DNA from: Sediminibacterium ginsengisoli
GTDB taxonomy: Bacteria; Bacteroidota; Bacteroidia; Chitinophagales; Chitinophagaceae
Assembly: GCA_945901845.1 (NCBI GenBank)
Contig: CAMDLR010000010.1
Span: 1,143-65,142 of the forward strand
Direction: 5' to 3'
Length of the DNA: 64,000 nucleotides
This document shows, piece by piece, positions 1 through 9,300 of this stretch (its first letter is position 1; every line of letters begins with the position of its first letter). The notes beneath the pieces were generated by a model, which was given only the letters and a program-made list of their open reading frames with translations, had not been told where the DNA came from and made no database searches. The position numbers and the translations under genes were made by a program.

Positions 1-497
1 TCATTCATCTCGATAAGCTCTAGTCCTTTAACCTTGCTCAATAGCGCGCGGGGCTCTGTTTTGGTATTGCACTCACGAAGAGCTGCACAACTATCATGGT
101 AGGTAACTTTGCCATTAAACGTAGCGCCAACGTCATCAATTTTTAAAACATTGATTAAGAAATCTGAGAGTTCGTAAATACGAGCCGATGTTTTTTTAGC
201 AATATTTATTTGTGCAGAGTTGTCGTATAATTTACCGTAGTAGTTGCGTACAAAGCCAGTACAGCTTGCACTTGGCGATACGATGTAATCGGTGCCATTA
301 AAATCATCTAAGAATTTATCACAAACGCTTTTAGATTCCGACCAAAAACCCGCATTAAATGCAGGCTGGCCACAACAGGTTTGGTTGGCATTGTATTTGA
401 CCGTACAACCTACTTTATCCAACACTTTTACCATGTTAAACGCTACCTGAGGGTAGAGCTGATCAATAAAGCAAGGAATAAATAACTGTACGTTCAT
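1..497 (-). CDS. (Fe-S)-binding CCG-domain oxidoreductase subunit, LutA/GlpC-like; N-terminal part only, the C-terminus lies beyond the window start
   Basis: My own minus-strand translation from the ATG at 495-497 gives MNVQLFIPCFIDQLYPQVAFNMVKVLDKVGCTVKYNANQTCCGQPAFNAGFW...SPSASCTGFVRNYY. The CCG-type cysteine motifs resemble LutA and heterodisulfide-reductase-B-like proteins. The frame is open to the window edge, so it is absent from the ORF track. Confidence 0.6.
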   Translation of the reverse strand, partial: MNVQLFIPCFIDQLYPQVAFNMVKVLDKVGCTVKYNANQTCCGQPAFNAGFWSESKSVCDKFLDDFNGTDYIVSPSASCTGFVRNYYGKLYDNSAQINIAKKTSARIYELSDFLINVLKIDDVGATFNGKVTYHDSCAALRECNTKTEPRALLSKVKGLELIEMN

Positions 498-501
498 TTA
501 T

Positions 502-1173
502 TTATTTTTCACTACCTAAACGGTAGATGTATTTGTCTGCTAAAAAGCCTTTATCCGTTGTAGGATATTTTTCCTTGATTTCTTTGTATAGAGCTAAAGC
601 TGCTTCATTTTTTCCAGTAGTTTCTGAAAGAAGGGCAGCTCTAAATAAATATTCAGATGCGTTGCTTTCGTCTTCAGAAAAACTAGCAGCCGCTTTTTTA
701 TAATAATCTATGGCTTCGTCTTTTTTGTTAAGCTCAGCACTTGCATCACCTAAAGCACCAATCGCTAACATTTGAATTTGCTTAGCATCTGTAGAAAAAT
801 CTTTTAGGTATTTGATGGCGTTGTTAAAATCACCAAGCTTTAAATAGCTAACACCAGCATAGTAGCCAGCAATATTTGCAGCCTTGGTTCCATCGTAGTT
901 TTTAATAATATATAATACACCTTTGCTTACACCATCGCCATTTAAAACAAGGTTAGAAGAGTCTAGCGCAAAATATTCCTGTGCTTTAATCATCGCTTCA
1001 GAAGCTTTTTCTTCTTTAGGGGTAACAATGTATTCTTGGTATCCATACCAACCACCCACTACTACTAAAATAACAGCAGCTGCAGTAGCGATTTTTTTAC
1101 CACTTGTATTCCAAAAATCGGTTGCTCCTACTAGGCCTTCGTTGTTTGTGTGTTTTACTTCGTTTTCTGACAT
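502..1173 (-). CDS. membrane-anchored TPR-like protein (YfgM-like architecture)
   Basis: 223 aa. One N-terminal TM helix (AAAVILVVVGGWYGY) is followed by TPR-like helical repeats (AIKYLKDF, AIDYYKKAA, ALALYKEIKEKYP). Confidence 0.55.
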   Translation of the reverse strand: MSENEVKHTNNEGLVGATDFWNTSGKKIATAAAVILVVVGGWYGYQEYIVTPKEEKASEAMIKAQEYFALDSSNLVLNGDGVSKGVLYIIKNYDGTKAANIAGYYAGVSYLKLGDFNNAIKYLKDFSTDAKQIQMLAIGALGDASAELNKKDEAIDYYKKAAASFSEDESNASEYLFRAALLSETTGKNEAALALYKEIKEKYPTTDKGFLADKYIYRLGSEK

Positions 1174-1206
1174 GGTATTTGTTTTCTTGTAATTTTGTAA
1201 TTGTGG

Positions 1207-2202
1207 TTAGTCTACTATGAACGGATAATTTTCGTCTAGGTAAACATCTTTTAAAACTTCGCTATCATCTGGCCAAGGGCTTTCTTCAGCAAATTTCACA
1301 CTCTGCTCAACAATGGCATCAATTTTTTGATCGATGGCTTGTAAGTCAGCTTCAGTGGCAAATCCATTTTCTAAAATGGTTTCACGCACTTTAGTGATAG
1401 GGTCTTGATTTTTGTAATCTTCCACCTCTTCTTTACTTCTATATTTTTGTGGATCTGATACAGAGTGTCCTTTGTATCTGTAAGTTTTCATTTCTAGTAA
1501 AGTTGGACCTTCACCATCTCTACCTCTTTTTACAGCCCTTGCTACACCTTCGTGAACAAGTTCAGGAATCATTCCATCAATAACATCGGCAGGCATATCG
1601 TATGCATCTGCTAATTTGTAAATATCTGTTACATTACTAGTACGCTCAATAGAGGTACCCATGGCGTAATTATTGTTTTCACAAATAAATACCACTGGTA
1701 ATTTCCAAAGCATCGCTAGGTTAAATGTTTCATGTAAGATACCCTGACGTGCAGCGCCATCACCAAAATAGCAAAGAACCACATTACCTGTGCCTTTGTA
1801 TTTTTCAGCGAAAGCTAAACCGCCAGCAGTTCCAATTTGCGCGCCCACAATACCATGTCCACCAAAAAATCGGTGTTCGAGGCTAAAGAAGTGCATACTG
1901 CCTCCTTTACCTTTGGCACAACCGGTTGCTTTACCATACAATTCGGCCATACAAGCATCGGCAGATACGCCTTTTGCAAGCGCTAAACCGTGGTCACGGT
2001 AGGCAGTAATAAATGGATCGTCGTGCTGGGTAGCTGTCATACAGCCCGCTGCTATTGCTTCTTGGCCAATGTAAGCGTGGAAAAATCCACGGATCTTACC
2101 TGCCATTTTATACATTTCTTCTGATTTAAGCTCAAACTGGCGAATCAGCTGCATCAGCTCGTACCAGTAGAGGTAGGTTTCTTTTGAGAATTTAGTAGGC
2201 AC
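1207..2202 (-). CDS. pdhA: pyruvate dehydrogenase E1 component, alpha subunit
   Basis: 331 aa with the ThDP-binding region GDGAARQG...NN and typical E1-alpha blocks (YRDHG, MHFF). The start codon is GTG at 2200-2202. Confidence 0.85.
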   Translation of the reverse strand: MPTKFSKETYLYWYELMQLIRQFELKSEEMYKMAGKIRGFFHAYIGQEAIAAGCMTATQHDDPFITAYRDHGLALAKGVSADACMAELYGKATGCAKGKGGSMHFFSLEHRFFGGHGIVGAQIGTAGGLAFAEKYKGTGNVVLCYFGDGAARQGILHETFNLAMLWKLPVVFICENNNYAMGTSIERTSNVTDIYKLADAYDMPADVIDGMIPELVHEGVARAVKRGRDGEGPTLLEMKTYRYKGHSVSDPQKYRSKEEVEDYKNQDPITKVRETILENGFATEADLQAIDQKIDAIVEQSVKFAEESPWPDDSEVLKDVYLDENYPFIVD

Positions 2203-2248
2203 TAGTCAAAATTTTGAGGTGCAAATATACGGGTTAAACATTAAAAAT

Positions 2249-3880
2249 TTAGGCTTCGTTTAGGAACGGATACTTATAATCTACGGGTGGATTAAAGGTT
2301 TCTTTGATGGTCCTTGCGCTAAGCCAGCGGTACAAATTAATGAGGCTACCAGCCTTGTCGTTGGTACCTGAGGCACGAGCACCCCCAAACGGTTGTTGGC
2401 CAACTACAGCCCCTGTAGGTTTATCGTTGATGTAAAAGTTACCCGCGGCATGGCGTAATTTATTGGTAGCCAGCTCCACAGCTGCTCTATCTTGCGATAT
2501 AATAGCCCCTGTTAAAGCGTATTTTGACGTTGTATTAACCAGATCAAGGGTTTTTTCAAAGGCTTCGGCTTTGTAGGTGTAAATGGTTAAAACCGGTCCA
2601 AAAATCTCTTCGCACATAGTTACGTACTTAGGATCAGACACTTCAATAACGGTTGGCTCAACAAAATATCCGTCTTTTTTGCTGTAATTACCACCCACGA
2701 TTATTTTCGCTTTTGTATCCTTTTTAGCCCTATCAATATATTTTGCAATGTTATTAAATGATTTTTCATCAATAACCGCGTTTACAAAATTGGAGAAGTC
2801 TTCTACGGTTCCCATTTTCATGGATTGAACGGCAGCTACTAATTTAGTTTTGATTGCCGGAGCGATGTTACTAGGAAGGTAAGCCCTTGAAGCAGCCGAA
2901 CATTTTTGTCCTTGGAATTCAAAAGCACCTCTTGCAAGTGCAGTAACAACGGTATCAACATCTGCAGATTTATGCACCATCACAAAATCTTTACCGCCAG
3001 TTTCACCAACAATGCGCGGGTATGATTTGTATTTTGGAATATTTTCACCAATCACTTTCCACATATTATTAAACACACCTGTAGAACCTGTAAAGTGCAC
3101 GCCCGCAAAATCGGGGTGTGAGAAACATACTTCACCAATGGTTGGTCCGTCCACATAAATTAAATTGATCACACCATCAGGTAAGCCGGCTTCTTTTAAA
3201 ATGCGCATAAACATTTGTGCCGAATATATTTGCGTGTTGGCTGGTTTCCAAACAACGGTATTGCCGCACATCGCAGCAGAAGTAGGTAGGTTGCCACCAA
3301 TGGCTGTAAAGTTAAAAGGTGTTACCGCTAAAACGAATCCTTCAAGTGCACGCCATTCTAGCCGGTTGTGCATGCCAGGCGCAGATGCTGGTTGTTGCTT
3401 GTATATTTCACTTAAAAAGTGCACGTTAAAACGTAAAAAATCGATGAGCTCACAAGCAGCGTCAATTTCAGCTTGATATGCATTTTTACTTTGACCAAGC
3501 ATGGTGGTACCATTAATATGGTAGCGGTATTTGGTAGCTAATAAATCTGCTGCTTTTAAAAATATATGGGCTCTATTTTCCCAAGACATGGCAGCCCATG
3601 CATCTTTTGCTTTAAGTGCTGCATTAACGGCATCTATGGCGTGTTTTTTATTACCCGCATGAAAATGTCCAAGCACATGTGCGCGCTCGTGTGGCGGGTG
3701 TATGGCTACTTTTTTTCCGGTCCTTACGGCTTTGCCGCCAATATACATTGGTATATCAATAACCTGTTTTTTTAAGGCAGCGAGTATTTTTTTAAGTCCA
3801 GCACGCTCTGCGCTTCCGGGTGCGTAATTTAATACGGGTTCGTTGGCGGGTTGCGGATAATGAAATGTTCCAATTGACAT
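2249..3880 (-). CDS. pruA: L-glutamate gamma-semialdehyde (1-pyrroline-5-carboxylate) dehydrogenase
   Basis: 543 aa aldehyde dehydrogenase fold with VGETGGKD and the catalytic FEFQGQKCSA block. Length and N-terminus fit P5C dehydrogenases. Confidence 0.85.
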   Translation of the reverse strand: MSIGTFHYPQPANEPVLNYAPGSAERAGLKKILAALKKQVIDIPMYIGGKAVRTGKKVAIHPPHERAHVLGHFHAGNKKHAIDAVNAALKAKDAWAAMSWENRAHIFLKAADLLATKYRYHINGTTMLGQSKNAYQAEIDAACELIDFLRFNVHFLSEIYKQQPASAPGMHNRLEWRALEGFVLAVTPFNFTAIGGNLPTSAAMCGNTVVWKPANTQIYSAQMFMRILKEAGLPDGVINLIYVDGPTIGEVCFSHPDFAGVHFTGSTGVFNNMWKVIGENIPKYKSYPRIVGETGGKDFVMVHKSADVDTVVTALARGAFEFQGQKCSAASRAYLPSNIAPAIKTKLVAAVQSMKMGTVEDFSNFVNAVIDEKSFNNIAKYIDRAKKDTKAKIIVGGNYSKKDGYFVEPTVIEVSDPKYVTMCEEIFGPVLTIYTYKAEAFEKTLDLVNTTSKYALTGAIISQDRAAVELATNKLRHAAGNFYINDKPTGAVVGQQPFGGARASGTNDKAGSLINLYRWLSARTIKETFNPPVDYKYPFLNEA

Positions 3881-3911
3881 AATGCTATCTTTTATAGTTG
3901 TCGACTATGAA

Positions 3912-6716
3912 TTATTCTGGTAATAAAACAAATTTTGCTTTATTGGCTTCGTTAAAATATTTATTGGCGAGTGCCTTAGTTGTTGCAACGTCAATTAGAT
4001 TGATGCGGGCAGGTGCTTGTAAAATTTTAGTGGGGTCTGAACCTCTAAATATAGCTTGCTCTAATCTGTAGCGCCAGTAGCTATTTTCTTTCACATCATT
4101 TTCTAGGCTTCTAGTTTGCTCTGCTTTTACTTTATCAATATTAATTTGTGCTACACCATTTAATTTGGTTTGCTTGATTTCTTCTTCTACAAGTGCAATT
4201 AATTTTTCTACATTTTCTGGGGCACAACCAAATCTAATAGTGATACTGTATGATTTTTTAGGTTCTTTATTAATGCCGCCGCTAATGCCAACGCCATATA
4301 CGCCACCTGCATCTTCACGAAGTGTTTCTCTTAATTTAATACCCATGGCTTTGGTTAACTGGTCTAGTTGTAATTCATCTAGGTCTGCAATGTTAGCAAG
4401 GGTGCCTGTATAAAATAATTGTACGCTCGCTTTTGCTTCTTTACCTTTTTTAAGGGTTTTAGAAATGTTGCCAGTAGGATATGCAGCACCATAATCTTTG
4501 TACATTTCTGATGTACCTGATGCAGGTAATGAGGCAATATACATTTCAGTTAACTGCTTAAGGCTGTCAAGGTTTACATTACCTACAAACGTAAATACAA
4601 ACTGACCAGCATTGCTAAAGCGCTCTTTAAAGATATTAAAGCTTCTGTCTAGATTGAGTTGGTCAAGCATTTCTACAGTTAGAGGCTTACGTCTTGGGTT
4701 GTAGTTACCCATCACATATGCTACGGTATCAGAAAATACAGATGCTGGGTCGTTGTTTTTATTGGTAAGCTGCACTTTGTACTGCTGTAAAATAAATTGG
4801 AATATTTGAGCGTCTTTACGAGGTGCTACAAAATAACCATGAAGTACTTCTAGGGCTGTAGTTAAATCTTTGGGGCTACTGCTTCCGGTAAAACCTTGCA
4901 TGTATTCTGCAATGGATGGGCTTACCGCAAAGTTTTTACCTGCAAACATTTTTTGCATGCTCTGAAAATCAATATTACCCATGCCGCCGTATGATGCTAC
5001 GATTGACGCGTTAGAGGCATTTACAAAATCGGCATCTGAATAAAGTGATGATCCACCCCAGCTGATGCCAGAGAATTGAATTTCATCATTTTTAAATGTA
5101 GTAGGCTTGACAATTACTTTTGCGCCATTTGATAAGGTCCAAACGCGCGTTCCAATGCTGTCGTATATTTTTTCTGAAACAACTTTACCAGCTACTGGTG
5201 CTTTAGGTAATAGTGGTCCTGAAGCTACTTTATCTTGGTAAGCATTTAGTTTTGCAATGGGTTTAGCAAGTATTGCTTTGATGCCAGCTTCCGTCAATAA
5301 ATTTTCTTTTTCTTTTTCAGGCGCGAGTACTAAAACAGTTTTACCTGTAACGTTAAGCCACTGATTGATTAACGCATTTACTTCCTGTATTGCAATAGTA
5401 GGAAGGTAACGCTGGTACATTTCAAATTCTTTTTCGATTCCAGGGATGGCTTCGCCTTTTAAAAAGTTGCGCACATATTCCTGTAAAATTTGAACCGATT
5501 TTGTTTTATCTTTTTCTTTAAAAGAATTTTCCATGCGAGACATTACGTTTTTAACCGCTCTGTCAAGTTCAGATTGCACAAAGCCATACTGCTTCACTCT
5601 TTCGTTTTCTGTTAGGATGGCATTAAATGCCGCTTCCATTTCTTTAGCTGTTTTAGGAACGGCTAAAAGGGTAAAGGCGTCTTTGTCTCCAATGAATTCG
5701 CCATAGCTACTGCTCGCAAATAAAAACGGTGCTTCTGGTTTTTGAGATAGTTCGTCTAATCGGCTACTCATCATTTGGTTGAAGAGTTCGCGCACCATAC
5801 CTTGTCTGTATTCTCCTTCGGTGGTCGCTTCTTTAACAGCGGGAAGCATGTAAAACATTTGAAGCACATTGTATGCCTGCTCCGGATCCGTTAAAATAGA
5901 AATGCGGGTATCTGTAAAAGCAGGGATGCTAAATTTAGTGCGTGGTTTTGGACTAGCCGGGTTGGTGAGTTTACCAAAATGCGCTTGAATCATTTTTTCT
6001 GTTTCAGCTACATCAATATCGCCCACCACAATCACCGCTTGTAAATTAGGACGGTACCAATCTTTGTAAAATCCGGTAAGCTCACTGTATGGAGCTCCAT
6101 TGATACTTTCTTTGGTACCAATTGGAAGTCTTTTAGCGTATTGAGAACCATTTAAAATAATAGGGAAATACTTGTCTCTTAAACGGGCATCTGCACCTCT
6201 GCCTAAGCGCCACTCTTCTGTTACTACACCACGCTCTTTATCAATTTCGGCGGGATCAAAACTTACTTGGTGTGCCCAGTCTTCTAAAACCTGCATGGCT
6301 TTTTTATACACCATGGGGCTATCGGTAGGAACCTGCAATTCGTAAACAGTTTCATCAAAACTAGTGTACGCATTTAAGTCGGCACCAAAGTTTACACCAC
6401 TTTTTTCTAGGAAGTCTACCAATTCTTGCTTTTTAAAATTCTTGGTTCCATTAAAACACATGTGTTCTACAAAGTGTGCAAGGCCTCTTTGCTTTTCTGT
6501 TTCTAAAGTTGAACCAGCGTTTACAACAAGTCTTAACTCGGCTCTATTTTTAGGCTCTACATTTTTTCTGATATAGTAGGTGAGTCCGTTGGCGAGTTTG
6601 CCAATCTTAACTTTTGAATCAACGGGTAATTTTGCATCCGTTGGTTTTTGTGCGGTACTAACATAAAAAGTACCAACGAGTAAGATGAGTAGTAAATGTT
6701 TGATGCTTTGTTTCAT
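3912..6716 (-). CDS. M16-family (insulinase/pitrilysin-like) zinc peptidase, secreted
   Basis: 934 aa with a signal peptide and the inverted zinc motif HFVEHMCFNG (HxxEH). The two-lobe length is typical of M16 tandem proteins. Confidence 0.85.
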   Translation of the reverse strand: MKQSIKHLLLILLVGTFYVSTAQKPTDAKLPVDSKVKIGKLANGLTYYIRKNVEPKNRAELRLVVNAGSTLETEKQRGLAHFVEHMCFNGTKNFKKQELVDFLEKSGVNFGADLNAYTSFDETVYELQVPTDSPMVYKKAMQVLEDWAHQVSFDPAEIDKERGVVTEEWRLGRGADARLRDKYFPIILNGSQYAKRLPIGTKESINGAPYSELTGFYKDWYRPNLQAVIVVGDIDVAETEKMIQAHFGKLTNPASPKPRTKFSIPAFTDTRISILTDPEQAYNVLQMFYMLPAVKEATTEGEYRQGMVRELFNQMMSSRLDELSQKPEAPFLFASSSYGEFIGDKDAFTLLAVPKTAKEMEAAFNAILTENERVKQYGFVQSELDRAVKNVMSRMENSFKEKDKTKSVQILQEYVRNFLKGEAIPGIEKEFEMYQRYLPTIAIQEVNALINQWLNVTGKTVLVLAPEKEKENLLTEAGIKAILAKPIAKLNAYQDKVASGPLLPKAPVAGKVVSEKIYDSIGTRVWTLSNGAKVIVKPTTFKNDEIQFSGISWGGSSLYSDADFVNASNASIVASYGGMGNIDFQSMQKMFAGKNFAVSPSIAEYMQGFTGSSSPKDLTTALEVLHGYFVAPRKDAQIFQFILQQYKVQLTNKNNDPASVFSDTVAYVMGNYNPRRKPLTVEMLDQLNLDRSFNIFKERFSNAGQFVFTFVGNVNLDSLKQLTEMYIASLPASGTSEMYKDYGAAYPTGNISKTLKKGKEAKASVQLFYTGTLANIADLDELQLDQLTKAMGIKLRETLREDAGGVYGVGISGGINKEPKKSYSITIRFGCAPENVEKLIALVEEEIKQTKLNGVAQINIDKVKAEQTRSLENDVKENSYWRYRLEQAIFRGSDPTKILQAPARINLIDVATTKALANKYFNEANKAKFVLLPE

Positions 6717-6728
6717 AGTTTCTATTTT

Positions 6729-7793
6729 TTATCCTGCATGGTGAAGCCCCAATGAAAATCCTAATTTTTCAATTAAGCTTTTTGGTAGTGCAGGAATTTT
6801 TTTTCTTTCAATTAAATAAGTAGAGAGGCCCGAAAGGTCTCTGTAAATAAAATGTTTGTTGAGCGCGCCTTCCAAATAACCAGCCCCAGATGTATTACCA
6901 GTACCCACACGCATACCAATCATGCGGCGTACCATAATTAAATGTTTATGACGCCAATTGCTCATGAGGTGATCGATCTCAATTAAGGCGTCTAAGACCT
7001 GGTAAGAAGTTTGAAAAATAGGGTAGTCGCGATAGAGCATAATAAAGAGTGCCGCCTGCATCGCTTTTGGCGAAAAAGAGCTTCTTAAATTGGCTAACAT
7101 TTCGGGTGTTGCATCTGTTGGAATTTTTTCGAAAAAAACGTAGTCGAAATCATTAATTTTCGAAGCTTCGCGCGGGGTTAATCCAGACAAATAAATCCTG
7201 CGGTATTCGTCCCAAAATTTGGTACCAAATTCGTCATTAAAAAACGGCATTCTTTCGAGCCATTCGTTGATGCGGGATAATAAACTTTTATCGGTTTCGG
7301 CGGTAGAAATTTGGTTGTAATCGGGTTTGTCAAATCCGCCTTCGTCGGTTCTTTTGTAATATTCTTTTTGATGCCTGTTGTCAATTTCTAAACCAAGTTT
7401 TGCTTCGATGAGTCGGAACTGTTTGGATTGAAATCCGGAAGAAGGGGTAAGCAAATTTCTGAACGCTAAAAAGTCGAGCGGCGTCATGGTGTCAAGTACG
7501 TTTACTTGATCGTTTAGAAGCTGTAAAATTTTTATAATTCGGCCAAGACGATGACGCACCAAATTCATATCTTCGGCATTATCATTGATGGCGGGTTGGC
7601 CAAAAACACCCAGCACATAATCGAGTTCAAAAATGATTTGTTTGAACCAAAGTTCGTAGGCCTGATGAATCACAATAAACAACATTTCGTCATGTGCTTT
7701 TTCGTGACCGTCCGTAAAACTAACAGGATACTGTGCATCTAAAACTTTGTCTAGATGTAGGTAGTCTGCGTAGTATAAAGCCTTCTTTTCCAT
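6729..7793 (-). CDS. kynA: tryptophan 2,3-dioxygenase
   Basis: 354 aa. The N-terminal YADYLHLDKVL..Q....HDEMLFIVIHQAYELWFKQ block is characteristic of the TDO family. Confidence 0.8.
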   Translation of the reverse strand: MEKKALYYADYLHLDKVLDAQYPVSFTDGHEKAHDEMLFIVIHQAYELWFKQIIFELDYVLGVFGQPAINDNAEDMNLVRHRLGRIIKILQLLNDQVNVLDTMTPLDFLAFRNLLTPSSGFQSKQFRLIEAKLGLEIDNRHQKEYYKRTDEGGFDKPDYNQISTAETDKSLLSRINEWLERMPFFNDEFGTKFWDEYRRIYLSGLTPREASKINDFDYVFFEKIPTDATPEMLANLRSSFSPKAMQAALFIMLYRDYPIFQTSYQVLDALIEIDHLMSNWRHKHLIMVRRMIGMRVGTGNTSGAGYLEGALNKHFIYRDLSGLSTYLIERKKIPALPKSLIEKLGFSLGLHHAG

Positions 7794-7865
7794 AGTGTTA
7801 AACCAGTTACAAAGAAAAGCAATTTTTAGCCTGCGCTACCCACAGTTTACCCCCAAAAAGTATTG

Positions 7866-7873
7866 TATATTTG
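7866..7873 (+). promoter_or_regulatory. Bacteroidota -7 promoter box TAtaTTTG
   Basis: Exact match to TAnnTTTG. It ends 4 nt before the pyrF ATG at 7878. Confidence 0.45.
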
Positions 7874-7877
7874 CGGT

Positions 7878-8690
7878 ATGACGCGCGAACAATTGGTGGC
7901 TCAAATTGGGGCTAAAAAATCATATTTATTGGTGGGGTTAGACTCCGAAGTTTCTAAATTGCCAAAGCACTTGCAAGGCAAGCCAGACGCGGTTTTGGCG
8001 TTTAATAAACAAATCATTGATGCCACCAAAGATTACTGTGTTGGGTATAAAATTAATACTGCTTTTTACGAGTCTGAAGGGGTAAAAGGATGGGAAACCA
8101 TGCAGCAAACACTAGCATATATCCCCAAAAATTTGTTCACAATTGCCGATGCAAAGCGGGGGGATATTGGCAATACCTCGGCCCAATATGCCCGAACTTT
8201 TTTTGAAACCATGCAGTTTGACGCGGTTACAGTAGCTCCTTATATGGGAGAAGATAGCGTGCGTCCTTTTCTAGAATATCAAAATAAATGGACCATTGTT
8301 TTGGGATTAACTTCTAATGCAGGAAGCCAAGATTTTGAACAATTATCTATCGCTAATACGGGTAAGCAATTATACGAAGTTGTACTAGAAAAAATAGCCA
8401 ATTGGGGCACACCCAATAATTTAATGTTTGTGGTGGGTGCTACCAAGGCAAGTGATTTTGTAGGCATTAGAAATATCATTCCAAACCACTTTTTATTGGT
8501 ACCTGGCGTTGGTGCACAAGGGGGTAGTTTAGAAGAAGTTTCGCGCTATGGTGCAATACCAGATTGCGGTTTGTTGGTAGCCGCAAGTAGGGCCATTATT
8601 TTTGCTAGTAACGGGGAAGATTTTGCCGAGGCTGCTGCTCAAGCTGCTAAAAATTATGCCACTGAAATGGCTGGTTACTTGACATTATAA
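7878..8690 (+). CDS. pyrF: orotidine 5'-phosphate decarboxylase (long, type 2 form)
   Basis: Contains LVGLD, KINTAFYE and DAKRGDIGNT motifs. I prefer the ATG at 7878 over the TTG at 7863 that opens the ORF-track frame, because the TTG lies inside the promoter box. Confidence 0.85.
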   Translation: MTREQLVAQIGAKKSYLLVGLDSEVSKLPKHLQGKPDAVLAFNKQIIDATKDYCVGYKINTAFYESEGVKGWETMQQTLAYIPKNLFTIADAKRGDIGNTSAQYARTFFETMQFDAVTVAPYMGEDSVRPFLEYQNKWTIVLGLTSNAGSQDFEQLSIANTGKQLYEVVLEKIANWGTPNNLMFVVGATKASDFVGIRNIIPNHFLLVPGVGAQGGSLEEVSRYGAIPDCGLLVAASRAIIFASNGEDFAEAAAQAAKNYATEMAGYLTL

Positions 8691-9290
8691 TTCAAATTTT
8701 TGTAGTAGTAAGTTTGCCCAAATTTGGTGCATGTTGGCACTATAATGAAGGCCATCTTGCGCAATCATTTCTGGCGCACAATTTCTGGTTACATCCGTGA
8801 TATAAATGAACTCAATTTCCATGTCTTCACAGCGCTTTTTTATCACCTCATTAAAGGCATCAATTTGCGCACTAATTTCTGTCAAATTCAACCCTGTTTC
8901 CTGCGCTTTGTTTTGAGCAAATGGGGTATGTGACCAATCAGGTATGGAAAGCACAAAAACGCGGTTGTTTTGGTGCCCATTATACTGCAATGCTTTGAGT
9001 AATAAAAAGGTAAATTCTTGGTCAAATTCTGTGATGGATAAATTTTGGTATTGGTTATTTACGCCTATTAAAAGTGTGACAAAATCATATTGTTTTTGGA
9101 GTAAAGTATGGATCAAATGGGTGGCCAATTCGTTCGTGGTCCAACCAGTTTTTGCCACAATTTCTGGTGCGTTAAAACCCGGGTGTTTGGCCCTTAGTTG
9201 CCTCACCAATTGGTATGGAAAACTTTCATGTAAGGGTACCGATTCTCCAATCGTGTAAGAATCGCCTAGGGCTAAATAAGTGGGGTGCAT
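8685..9290 (-). CDS. SGNH/GDSL-family hydrolase
   Basis: 201 aa with N-terminal LALGDSYTIGES (block I, catalytic Ser), GVNN (block III) and C-terminal DGLHYS (block V, D-x-x-H). It starts 10 nt downstream of kynU on the same strand. Confidence 0.75.
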   Translation of the reverse strand: MHPTYLALGDSYTIGESVPLHESFPYQLVRQLRAKHPGFNAPEIVAKTGWTTNELATHLIHTLLQKQYDFVTLLIGVNNQYQNLSITEFDQEFTFLLLKALQYNGHQNNRVFVLSIPDWSHTPFAQNKAQETGLNLTEISAQIDAFNEVIKKRCEDMEIEFIYITDVTRNCAPEMIAQDGLHYSANMHQIWANLLLQKFEL

Positions 9291-9300
9291 GGTACCTAAT

